In this document: one piece after another, positions 16,124 through 23,917 of the stretch
Position numbering within the stretch: the stretch's first letter is position 1
Layout: every line of letters begins with the position of its first letter
DNA from: a virus
Lineage: Duplodnaviria > Caudoviricetes
Reading direction: 5' to 3' (one strand)
Virus record (IMG/VR): IMGVR_UViG_3300027764_000019
Coordinates: 1 to 31,860 of that record
DNA: 31,860 nt
Translations under genes and position numbers: made by a program
Notes under the pieces: generated by a model
Seen by the model: the letters and a program-made list of their open reading frames with translations, nothing else
What the model was told of the DNA's origin: nothing
Database searches by the model: none

Positions 16124-16342
16124 ATGAACAAGACAGCAACTGTCCAGATGACACAGCAGCAACTCGACGGACTCATGGCAACACTGCCAGAGGGTGCGAA
16201 GGTCACTCGCACCGATGATCAGATCATCGTCACTGCCAGGTCGAACAGGACTGGTCAGTTGGTCAACCCCATAGTGGCCACTCGCACAGCCGACAGAGGA
16301 TGGACTGTCACTGCACCCTTCGGACTGATCAAAGCAAAGTGA
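16124..16342 (+). CDS. Hypothetical early protein, 72 aa
   Basis: ORF bounded by junction modules on both sides. Confidence 0.75.
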   Translation: MNKTATVQMTQQQLDGLMATLPEGAKVTRTDDQIIVTARSNRTGQLVNPIVATRTADRGWTVTAPFGLIKAK

Positions 16343-16405
16343 ACCCTTGCACCTGGCACAGCCTGCCAGGTGCACCCTGTAACCCGTAACCAAGTGAGCA
16401 CTCGA

Positions 16406-16501
16406 ATGCAAAACGAACCCAGCGACTTGTCAATCTTGATCCTTGCAGCCTGCACCCTGGCAGGCTGCTGGGTTGCCCTTGTTTTCTTGTTCACCCTGTA
16501 A
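16406..16501 (+). CDS. 31-aa membrane peptide (MQNEPSDLSILILAACTLAGCWVALVFLFTL)
   Basis: Manual ORF exactly filling the space between two modules; one hydrophobic helix. Confidence 0.65.
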   Translation: MQNEPSDLSILILAACTLAGCWVALVFLFTL

Positions 16502-16517
16502 CCGTAAAGGATTCACC

Positions 16518-16808
16518 ATGGCCAAAAAACCTGTTTTCATGCTCGCTCTGCGCAATTCTGACCCAGTGCCCACACCCTACACCCCACTGATGTACACGCG
16601 TGGCACGCAAACCCATCGCCTGGCACTCGTCAAGCGCCATGACAGCTGGCAGGTGTGCGACATCGGCAGTGGTGCCCTTGTCTTGAGGGTTACCAAAAAA
16701 TCAGTGCTTTGCCCTTTTCAGTGGGCACTGGCTGATCTGGACACCCTGGTGGACAGAATAGGGCTCGAGAAATTCGAGTCCGTGCTGTCGAACCCTAAAC
16801 CGTTCTAA
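16518..16808 (+). CDS. Hypothetical early protein, 96 aa (MAKKPVFMLAL...)
   Basis: AAAGGATTCACCATG RBS/start; stop is the first TAA of the next module. Confidence 0.8.
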   Translation: MAKKPVFMLALRNSDPVPTPYTPLMYTRGTQTHRLALVKRHDSWQVCDIGSGALVLRVTKKSVLCPFQWALADLDTLVDRIGLEKFESVLSNPKPF

Positions 16809-16839
16809 CCCGTAACCCGTAACCCGTAAAGGATTCACC

Positions 16840-17094
16840 ATGCTTGCCATCACCACTGTTTACGTTCCCGCCACGAACACCCGTAACGCTCGCATTGTTG
16901 CCAGCACCTGCAATGGGCACAAAGTGAGTCAACCTGTCGATTACGCACTTGGTGACATCGAGCGGCATTTCGCTGTCGCTCAAGCACTGGTGCGCACTCA
17001 ACTGAACCATGCCCCTAGTTGTGAAACCATGGTTTATGGTGGAACAGTGAAGGGCTACGTTTTTTGCTTTCCCGGCTCGACAATCACCCTGTAA
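16840..17094 (+). CDS. Hypothetical early protein, 84 aa
   Basis: AAAGGATTCACCATG start; N-terminus AITTVYVPATNTRNARIVA resembles a recurrent small phage early-protein type. Confidence 0.8.
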   Translation: MLAITTVYVPATNTRNARIVASTCNGHKVSQPVDYALGDIERHFAVAQALVRTQLNHAPSCETMVYGGTVKGYVFCFPGSTITL

Positions 17095-17119
17095 CCCGTA
17101 ACCCGTAAAGGATCACACC

Positions 17120-17809
17120 ATGAAATTCCACTTTGTCGCAAAATCCGCCAACAGCAAGACCGGTCCCATCCCTGTGACCTATTCAGAGCGAAGCACCTGC
17201 CCGCAGTCCTGTCCCCACTACCGCAGTGATTGCTACGCTGAGGATTACCACACGAGGATGTCATGGGACAAAGTGCCCATGAGGGGTGGCAGCATTGATG
17301 CTCTGGCTGCAAGCATTGCAGCCCTGCCACCTGGCACGTTGTGGCGCCATAACGTGGCAGGTGACCTGCCAGGCACTGGCGAGACTGTCGACCCTGCCCA
17401 GCTGGGTGTCATTGTGTGGGCTAATCGTGGTCGGCACGGGTTCACCTACACCCACAAGAAATCGAGCGATGCTCTGGCATGGGCAAAGCACGCGACAGCA
17501 TGGGGGTTCACTGTCAACCTGTCTGCCGATGATGCTGGCGAAGCTGACACCCTGGCAGCTACAGGACAGCCGACAGTGTGCATCGTGCCCATGGACACAC
17601 CCTCGAAGACCAGCACGCCAGCAGGTCGCACTATCGTCGTCTGTCCTGCACAAACTCGCGAGGATGTCACTTGTCAATCGTGCGGACTGTGTGCCAGGTC
17701 TGACAGGACTGTCATCGTCGGGTTTCGAGCACATGGCACGCGTGCCAGACTGGCAGATGCCAGGTCTCGTCGCGTGATCCCGATTGCTCGCTCTGCTGCT
17801 GTCGTCTGA
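17120..17809 (+). CDS. Cys-rich Gp88-like / radical-SAM-like protein
   Basis: TCPQSCPHYRSDCYA, RHNVAGD, FTYTH, NLSAD, CPAQ..TCQSCGLC; good RBS. Confidence 0.6.
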   Translation: MKFHFVAKSANSKTGPIPVTYSERSTCPQSCPHYRSDCYAEDYHTRMSWDKVPMRGGSIDALAASIAALPPGTLWRHNVAGDLPGTGETVDPAQLGVIVWANRGRHGFTYTHKKSSDALAWAKHATAWGFTVNLSADDAGEADTLAATGQPTVCIVPMDTPSKTSTPAGRTIVVCPAQTREDVTCQSCGLCARSDRTVIVGFRAHGTRARLADARSRRVIPIARSAAVV

Positions 17810-17864
17810 ACCTGCACCCTCGCACCTGGCATGGTGCCAGGTGATCACCCTCGAAGGATTGATT

Positions 17865-18026
17865 ATGTTTAAATTTTGGGTTTATTGCACCGACAATGCC
17901 ACGGGTGTCAAGTTTTTCTTTCCTTTTGTCGGCACCAGTGTCGAGGATTGTAGATCTCGAATTCTGGACCGTGAATTTCTCAAACCAGGTGAGATTATCA
18001 CCCGGATTGACCCTGTAACCCTATAA
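17865..18026 (+). CDS. Hypothetical early protein, 53 aa (MFKFWVYCTDNATG...)
   Basis: GAAGGA RBS; ends inside the junction module; AT-richer than its neighbours. Confidence 0.7.
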   Translation: MFKFWVYCTDNATGVKFFFPFVGTSVEDCRSRILDREFLKPGEIITRIDPVTL

Positions 18027-18051
18027 CCCTGTAACCCTCGAAGGACTGAAA

Positions 18052-18210
18052 ATGGCCACACCCGTCGTTTCCCTGGTTTTCCTCACACCGAACAATGCTT
18101 GGGTTTTCCTGTTCGGTGAGACTCTGCTACGCCTGCCAGAGCACTCTATGTTCTTTGCCAGTAAACGCGATGCACTGGCAGCTGCCAGTGCAGCCGGATT
18201 GACCCTATAA
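18052..18210 (+). CDS. Hypothetical early protein, 52 aa (MATPVVSLVFLTPNNAWVFLFGE...)
   Basis: Manual ORF; GAAGGA RBS; stop lies in the junction module. Confidence 0.7.
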   Translation: MATPVVSLVFLTPNNAWVFLFGETLLRLPEHSMFFASKRDALAAASAAGLTL

Positions 18211-18236
18211 CCCGTAACCCTCGAAGGATGATTCCC

Positions 18237-18455
18237 ATGAATGCTAACCTGTTGACCCTGGACCCTGTGGAAGCTGAACGGCTGGCATATGCCGATGGAC
18301 TGCCAGTGGCTGCACTGCTAACCCAGATTGTCGAACGGGATGAAAAACTCGAGCTTGCCTGGATCCTGTGCAGGGTGTATGAGACCTATGGCACCGACTG
18401 CGACGAGTTTACCGATGCACTCAATGCTCTCAAGGGAGCATTCGACAATGAATGA
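18237..18455 (+). CDS. Hypothetical acidic helical protein, 72 aa
   Basis: GAAGGA RBS spacing favours ATG 18237. Confidence 0.75.
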   Translation: MNANLLTLDPVEAERLAYADGLPVAALLTQIVERDEKLELAWILCRVYETYGTDCDEFTDALNALKGAFDNE

Positions 18456-18669
18456 ACCCTCGTTCATTGACACCCTTGGGGGTCTTAGTGCCAGGCACAG
18501 CCTGGATAAGGTCCAGACTGCAGCGCTGCTGGGTGTGCCAGTGTTCACCCTCAGGCACTGGCAGGCAGGCACCAGGACCCCTACATCATCGGCAGTGAGA
18601 CTGCTGGGTGTGCTGTGCCTGGTGGAGACCATGGCACCAGACCTGCTGGCAGCACTGGTGCCCGAATGA
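18448..18669 (+). CDS. XRE-type helix-turn-helix protein, 73 aa
   Basis: LDKVQTAALLGVPVFTLRHWQAGTRTP matches the Cro/C1-type HTH pattern; GGGAG RBS. Confidence 0.75.
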   Translation: MNEPSFIDTLGGLSARHSLDKVQTAALLGVPVFTLRHWQAGTRTPTSSAVRLLGVLCLVETMAPDLLAALVPE

Positions 18670-18728
18670 TCACTGCCATCCTCGTCGGACTGCTGGCACT
18701 GCTGTTGGCAGCACTGTTGGACCTGTAA
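18666..18728 (+). CDS. 20-aa hydrophobic peptide (MITAILVGLLALLLAALLDL)
   Basis: ATGA-coupled to the HTH gene; stop supplied by ACCTGTAACCC. Confidence 0.5.
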   Translation: MITAILVGLLALLLAALLDL

Positions 18729-18731
18729 CCC

Positions 18732-21245
18732 CTAATCGTCGTTCCTGTCGTTCCCATAAGCCCCCTGTGCGCCATGCACTCGGGGCTTTTCTTTCGTGCT
18801 CAGTTTATAAATTTCATCGAGTTGACGCTGCTTTGCCGCTATCACTTGTGCTCGGTGGCCACTGAACTGGTGCCGCAGCTGGGGATTGATTGCCCATTTC
18901 GCAAAATGCTGGTTTTCTCGCGTGCCATCGTCCATCCTGGCGACCCAGCCTGCCGATTCCAAGCCCTGCATGGCACCTAGCACCCACTGATCAGCAGTCC
19001 AGGCAGGTACACCCTCAAGTTGACGTCTTGCCCCCCTCTTGACGTCTGAGAGCGTAATGTCTGCCTGGTCGCAATAGTGCAGGATGTAATCCATCACCCA
19101 TGCCTCGAACGGACTCGTTCCCCCCACTTCACCGAATGCGTATCGGAAAGCCGGGATCAGATACCCTCGAACAAACCCGATTACCCTGTTGACGATATCG
19201 GCCGACACTGTCGGGTTGAACGGGTCTTCAATGACGTGGAACAGCAGTGCCAGCCTGCCAGCCGTTCCCTCGAGCTTGCCGAATGCTGTCATGAACGTGT
19301 TTCCAGCCTGTAGCAGTCGCTCGTCGGCTTTGCTCGACTCGTACCATGCTTGGAACCCCCTATAGGCATCAAACGCATCGGGTGCCAGCCTGTAGGTCTG
19401 CACTGGCAGTGCGAAGATCAGCCGCAGGGTCTGTTCCCACGCTGCTGCACTCGTCAGGCACTCGGGGACAGGGTTCCCCAGCCGGGTACGGTCTGCCCGT
19501 AGAATCGCGGGTACGAATCGCTGGATCAGTCCATCGGCTGAAAGTGAGGCAATGCTTTGCCTGAACACTTGCGGCTGGATGTTCCCGTAGACTGACACTG
19601 CCAGGTTCTCGGCATGTATCGACCCAGCCCCGACACGGTCCATTTCATACCGTTCCGACTCGTAACTGACCACCCACGCTGACCTATCCTCACCACTGGT
19701 CTTGTCGGTCAACTTCTTCACCCAACTGTTCATCTCGTCTAGGTGGCACAACAGACCACGGGGACGGTCTGCTGCCTGGCGTACCAGTTTCTGGGATGTG
19801 ATGTCGGAAACCGTGATCTTCATGGGCACGGGCTGGGGTGGCAGATCTGGCACGCTGGGTGCCTGGTCTGCGCCAAGCATCGCATCGGTGCTGGCGCTGA
19901 ACTCGAGGAAGGACTTCTTAGCGCTGGCGTAGGCTGCTTCCTTCCCTTCCCAGTCGAGCAATGCCCGTTGATACCTGGGACGATCGTCTGCTTCGATGTT
20001 CTTGAGTGGGGACAACATCGGGCGTGATCCTGGGGACTTCTTGTCGGCTGGGTCACCCAGGGTCATCAGCCAGAGCACTGGCGGCACTTTGAACCCTGGC
20101 ATCAACTCGAGTCGAATCTGGGCATCGACCACGCCACAGACTGCACTGAGACCAGCGAACAGTGGCACTAGGGGGTCACACCCTACGCTGTCGCTGATCT
20201 CGTTGGCACGGGTTTGCAGGATGCTGGGGAACAGGGTCAGATCGATGTCGGGTGGCGCTGGCCGCAGGCCTGCCAGGATTGTCTTGGGGGCTGTCGGCAC
20301 TTCCACTTTGCCGAACAATGATGCAGCATCGGGCATCGGTCGGGTCCATCCGGCTCGGCGGGCAATGTGAAACAGTGTCCCCAATGTGACAGCAGTTGCT
20401 TTGTCGACCTTGAAGCTTGCCCATTGGGTGGCCATCTCGCGGTCGCCTGGGTACTTCTGCTCGCTCTGGACCGACCACTGCTGCCACAGGTGGAACCCCT
20501 GGTCGAGTTGCTCGGTCTGGGTGCCTGCCCAGTGCAGCGCCATGCCGATGCTGATCCACTCGTCGCGTGGACAGTTTGGGGTGATGCACTCGATGGCGTT
20601 GTTGATCTCGTCCCAGGATGCGTCGACACCCTCGCTGGTGCGGATCTGTCGAACCTTGTCGCGCTCGAGCATGTCCTGCCACAGATCAAGCAGTGGCTGG
20701 GGGATCGTCGGCAAGCGCATCCAGTTGCCGTTTCCTGCCCATCGGTACGGTTGCCGGGTGTCCGGGTGGATGCTGGGCGGCAGCACATCCTGCACAGTCA
20801 ACCCGTTCGCCGTCGCGCATCGGAGTTCATAGGTGGTCTCGCCGCCGACGATGATCTTCTTCGATGCCAGCGCCAGGCCGGCAGGCATCGCGTAGAGAAG
20901 CTTGCCGTGCCCCAGCCTGCCACTGTCGATGACCACCGCATCGGACGCGGCGTAGAGCTCGCCGATGTTGATCCCTTGCAGGCCGAGCACCATTGCCGTG
21001 ACATCCCAGTTGTCGATGTCGAGAGCCATCGTGCCACTGTAGGCGTGAGCTAGGCCAATGCCATAGCCTGGTGGCAGATCGCTCTGGGAGGTGAGTGCGT
21101 TGGGCTTGAGGTTCCATCCTGCTGTGCGCGGTCCCTTGGTCCCCGCTGGGATGGGCACCAGGCTCCAACCATGCCTGATGTACGCATCGACCGACGCCGG
21201 GTGCTGCTGCACCTGGTTGGGGACTGGGATCGCTTGTGCTGTCAT
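18732..21245 (-). CDS. Primase-helicase: N-terminal Prim-Pol, PriCT-2, C-terminal DUF3987/YfjI-like P-loop domain
   Basis: YIRHGWSLVPIP..KGP...ALDID...LPPSIHPDT.PYRW (Prim-Pol); RDEWISIGMALH..WS..KY..WASF..GTLFHIA..GW (PriCT-2); GDPADKKSP, LLCHLDE, GNIQP, DGLIQRF. Start set at ATG 21245. Confidence 0.85.
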   Translation of the reverse strand: MTAQAIPVPNQVQQHPASVDAYIRHGWSLVPIPAGTKGPRTAGWNLKPNALTSQSDLPPGYGIGLAHAYSGTMALDIDNWDVTAMVLGLQGINIGELYAASDAVVIDSGRLGHGKLLYAMPAGLALASKKIIVGGETTYELRCATANGLTVQDVLPPSIHPDTRQPYRWAGNGNWMRLPTIPQPLLDLWQDMLERDKVRQIRTSEGVDASWDEINNAIECITPNCPRDEWISIGMALHWAGTQTEQLDQGFHLWQQWSVQSEQKYPGDREMATQWASFKVDKATAVTLGTLFHIARRAGWTRPMPDAASLFGKVEVPTAPKTILAGLRPAPPDIDLTLFPSILQTRANEISDSVGCDPLVPLFAGLSAVCGVVDAQIRLELMPGFKVPPVLWLMTLGDPADKKSPGSRPMLSPLKNIEADDRPRYQRALLDWEGKEAAYASAKKSFLEFSASTDAMLGADQAPSVPDLPPQPVPMKITVSDITSQKLVRQAADRPRGLLCHLDEMNSWVKKLTDKTSGEDRSAWVVSYESERYEMDRVGAGSIHAENLAVSVYGNIQPQVFRQSIASLSADGLIQRFVPAILRADRTRLGNPVPECLTSAAAWEQTLRLIFALPVQTYRLAPDAFDAYRGFQAWYESSKADERLLQAGNTFMTAFGKLEGTAGRLALLFHVIEDPFNPTVSADIVNRVIGFVRGYLIPAFRYAFGEVGGTSPFEAWVMDYILHYCDQADITLSDVKRGARRQLEGVPAWTADQWVLGAMQGLESAGWVARMDDGTRENQHFAKWAINPQLRHQFSGHRAQVIAAKQRQLDEIYKLSTKEKPRVHGAQGAYGNDRNDD
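18758..18794 (+). terminator. Putative intrinsic terminator of the early array, inside the primase 3' end
   Basis: AAGCCCC..GTGC-GCCAT-GCAC..GGGGCTT followed by TTCTTT. Confidence 0.5.
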
Positions 21246-21273
21246 GGAGACCTTGAAATGTTTGCGTGAACCT

Positions 21274-21310
21274 GTTGCACATCGTACAGCAACCGTGATA
21301 CGATGGCAAC
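21274..21310. promoter_or_regulatory. Overlapping divergent sigma70-like promoters within an imperfect palindrome
   Basis: + strand TTGCAC-18-TACGAT with extended TG; - strand TTGCCA-17-TACGAT; arms GTTGC(A)CATCGTA / TACGATGGCAAC. Confidence 0.65.
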
Positions 21311-21328
21311 CATCAAGCGAGGAATTCG

Positions 21329-21532
21329 ATGCCACCCACCCCACAATTCGATACGCACATGACCGTCAGGGTCGCTGCGCGTGTCCGTTCCGCGTTCCAC
21401 CGCAAGGCAGAACGGTACGGGAGACCGTCCGATGTCTTGCGGGAACTCATCGAGGCGTTTCTTGATGATCGACTTGTTATCCAACCCAACCCCCGTAAGG
21501 AGTCACTGTATGTCCCTCGAACTCAAGATTGA
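21329..21532 (+). CDS. Ribbon-helix-helix (Arc/CopG-like) regulator
   Basis: HMTVRV beta ribbon, helix, then SDVLRELIEAFL; GAGGA RBS. Confidence 0.75.
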   Translation: MPPTPQFDTHMTVRVAARVRSAFHRKAERYGRPSDVLRELIEAFLDDRLVIQPNPRKESLYVPRTQD

Positions 21533-21950
21533 AGCTCTCACCGCCGCCGTCATCGCCCTTACCGCAAGGATGGGTAGCGTACCAGCACCAGCAGTGGAGG
21601 CTGCGCCATTCTGGCCAACGGTTGCGCAGGCAGTTGCGCAAGCACCTGCACTTATAGCGGCGCCAGCCATGCCGGCCCCTCCTACCTTTGCAGCTATCCC
21701 CGCTGCGGTCGCACCGGCCCCGGTGGTAGCTGCGCCAGCCGCTCCTGCTGTGGCATCCCCTTCTAGCGCACCATTTACTGATGGTAAGGGCGTGATCGAC
21801 TACGTCATGGCATCGTACAAGGCGCTGGGTCCACAGAAGGGTGCGCAGATCCAAGGCGTGCTCACGGGCATGGGGTATGCCAACATCAACGAGGTCAAGC
21901 CCGAGATGTACGGTGCCCTCTACGCTGGTGTGGAAGCACTCAAGGGTTGA
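21510..21950 (+). CDS. Ala/Pro-rich linker protein of the replication module, 146 aa
   Basis: TAAGGAG RBS before ATG 21510 (MSLELKIEALTAAV); low-complexity middle and small helical C-domain. Confidence 0.75.
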   Translation: MSLELKIEALTAAVIALTARMGSVPAPAVEAAPFWPTVAQAVAQAPALIAAPAMPAPPTFAAIPAAVAPAPVVAAPAAPAVASPSSAPFTDGKGVIDYVMASYKALGPQKGAQIQGVLTGMGYANINEVKPEMYGALYAGVEALKG

Positions 21951-21952
21951 CC

Positions 21953-23227
21953 ATGAGCACCCACGCGAACCTAAGCCCGTCTAAGCGGCATCGCTGGGGC
22001 TTGTGCCCCGGATCTATCCGGGAAGAAGCAAAGTACCCAGAAGATCGGTCTGGCCCAGCCGCTATCGATGGCACCCACACCCACACCATGCTTGAGTTTT
22101 GCTTGAGTGAGGATGTGGAGCCTGAGACGTTGATTGGTCAGACCATGCAGGATGACGATGGCACGTTCATTGTCGACGCCGAGCGTGCCGAGCGGGTCAA
22201 GATTGCCACTGACTACGTCAAGCAGCGAGTCGCAGAGCAGCCAGGCTGCAAGGTCATTGCCGAGCAGCGAGTCAACCCGAACCGTTTGATTGCTCGGGAT
22301 GACATGAGCGGCACCGTGGACATCCAGATCCACGGCACCGATGTGCTCGAGATCGTGGACTACAAGGATGGCATGGGCGCAGTGCAGGCCGAGGGCAACG
22401 CGCAGCTTGAACTCTACGCTGTTGGTGCATTGGCCGATGCGGACGAACCGTATCCGTGGAAACGGGTACGCATGACCATTATCCAGCCCAAGATGGCGCT
22501 GCGTGGACTGCCGGCGATCACATCGCACGAGGTTGACATCAGCGAGATCCTGGCTATAGTCGACCGCCTGGTCATCGAAGGCTCTGCTGTCGACGCACCG
22601 GACGCACCGCTGGTGCCGGGTGAGAGTCAATGTAAATTTTGCAAGGCGAAAGGCTCATGTGCCGCCCTTGCAAGTAACGTAATGAAGGAGATTGGGATCA
22701 TGTTCCAGCCCACAGTACTCGATGTGGCGCAGCAAAGCGCCGACAAAGATCCGTCCACCATGGACGATGGCCAGATCTTGTCAATCATGGAGGCGGCACC
22801 ACTCATGCGCCAACTGCTCGAGGGTGTTGAGAAGGAAGCGCTGCGACGATTGCAGTCTGGCCAGGCGATCACTGGCTTGAAGTTGGTCAACGGTCGAGGT
22901 TCTCGCGCCTGGGCGTTGCAGGACGATGAGATCGCCGAGAAGCTTATCAAGATGGGCATCCCCAAGGGCGCTGTCTACGAGACCAAACTCGTAAGCCCAG
23001 CCAAGGCTGAGAAGCTGACCTGGGAAAAGCGAGACGGCACCAAAGTACAACTGACCGAGCGCCAACTCAAGCGCATGGAGCAGGAGTACGTCGTCAAGAT
23101 GGCCGGCAAGCTTGCCGTTGCAACTGAATCCGACAGCCGACCCGCTGTCGTAATGAACGCTGCGCCGTTGTTCAGCGCAGTCGAGGCAGCACCCGCTGCC
23201 GACGCCCTGCCCTCGTGGCTTTTGTAA
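21953..23227 (+). CDS. DUF2800-like / Cas4-like PD-(D/E)xK exonuclease
   Basis: HANLSPS..RW..CPGS, GTHTH, GTVD, IVDYKDG, QLELYA, IIQP, PGESQCKFCKAKGSC. Confidence 0.85.
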   Translation: MSTHANLSPSKRHRWGLCPGSIREEAKYPEDRSGPAAIDGTHTHTMLEFCLSEDVEPETLIGQTMQDDDGTFIVDAERAERVKIATDYVKQRVAEQPGCKVIAEQRVNPNRLIARDDMSGTVDIQIHGTDVLEIVDYKDGMGAVQAEGNAQLELYAVGALADADEPYPWKRVRMTIIQPKMALRGLPAITSHEVDISEILAIVDRLVIEGSAVDAPDAPLVPGESQCKFCKAKGSCAALASNVMKEIGIMFQPTVLDVAQQSADKDPSTMDDGQILSIMEAAPLMRQLLEGVEKEALRRLQSGQAITGLKLVNGRGSRAWALQDDEIAEKLIKMGIPKGAVYETKLVSPAKAEKLTWEKRDGTKVQLTERQLKRMEQEYVVKMAGKLAVATESDSRPAVVMNAAPLFSAVEAAPAADALPSWLL

Positions 23228-23245
23228 TCAAACTGGAGTAACTAA

Positions 23246-23914
23246 ATGTCTGATGTTATTTTTCTCTCGAGTGTGCGCCTGTCGTTTCCCCACTTGGCCG
23301 AGCCGCAGCGCCAGATCAACGAGTTGACCGGCAAGGAGCGTATTTCGTACAACTGCGAGTTCATCATGGCGCAGGACCACGCCGGGTTTGGGCAGTTCAT
23401 GGCCAAGTACGGTGCGATGTCGTTGGAGAAGTGGAAGGAGCACGCCAACACTGTCATGCAGATGATCCAGGGTGACCGCAAGACCCGCTGCTACGGTCGC
23501 GGCGAGGAGAAGGTCAACAAGAAGACTTTCCAGCCCTACGATGGCTACGCTGGCAACGTGTTTATCACTGCTGGCCGGGACTCGCAGCCCCAGGTGATCC
23601 AGGCCGATGGTCAGGCAATCGATCCGACCAACTCGATGGCTTACCAGCAACTGGCTCGCAAGATGTACGGTGGTTGCCGCGTCAACGCCGCCGTCAAGCC
23701 CTGGCTGCAAGACAACAAGCATGGTCGTGGCATCCGCTGCGATCTGATTGCTGTCCAGTTCGCTGCTGATGACAAGCCATTCGGTGAGGGTGCTGTCGAT
23801 GCGTCCAACCTGTTTGGCGCTGTGGCCGGTGCGCCTGCTGGCATGTTCTCCCCGACAGCCGCCATGCCTGCTGCTCCGTTTGCCGGCCTGCCGTCGTTCC
23901 TGACGGGTCATTGA
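23246..23914 (+). CDS. DUF2815-like single-stranded DNA-binding protein
   Basis: VRLSFPHL, MYGGCRVNA, GIRCDLIAVQFAADDKPFG; follows the DUF2800-like gene. Confidence 0.85.
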   Translation: MSDVIFLSSVRLSFPHLAEPQRQINELTGKERISYNCEFIMAQDHAGFGQFMAKYGAMSLEKWKEHANTVMQMIQGDRKTRCYGRGEEKVNKKTFQPYDGYAGNVFITAGRDSQPQVIQADGQAIDPTNSMAYQQLARKMYGGCRVNAAVKPWLQDNKHGRGIRCDLIAVQFAADDKPFGEGAVDASNLFGAVAGAPAGMFSPTAAMPAAPFAGLPSFLTGH

Positions 23915-23917
23915 TCC

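Larger units (their letters stand above)
16073..18730 (+). repeat. Dispersed gene-junction module (TAACCCG/TAACCCTG)n plus RBS
   Basis: Copies at 16093, 16376, 16493, 16806, 17087, 17847 (partial), 18010, 18202, 18721 (partial). The 23-nt CCTGTAACCCGTAACCAAGTGAG is exact at 16093 and 16376. Confidence 0.9.

Noticed and set aside
16806-16830. Telomere-like (TAACCC) repeats
   Set aside because: Only 2-4 internal units with 7-8 nt period between genes; the resemblance to eukaryotic telomeres is probably coincidental.
18448-18669. Lysogeny repressor implying a temperate lifestyle
   Set aside because: Short HTH without a peptidase domain; no integrase or partition genes seen. Lifestyle cannot be settled from a partial genome.
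16073-18730. Integron attC cassette array
   Set aside because: TAAC with a stop resembles an inverse core, but there is no RYYYAAC...GTTRRRY pairing around the hairpins and no tyrosine integrase in the window.
21246-21344. Longer N-terminus of the primase given in the track (start 21344)
   Set aside because: It would run through the divergent promoter and overlap the RHH gene start; ATG 21245 fits the promoter and domain start better.
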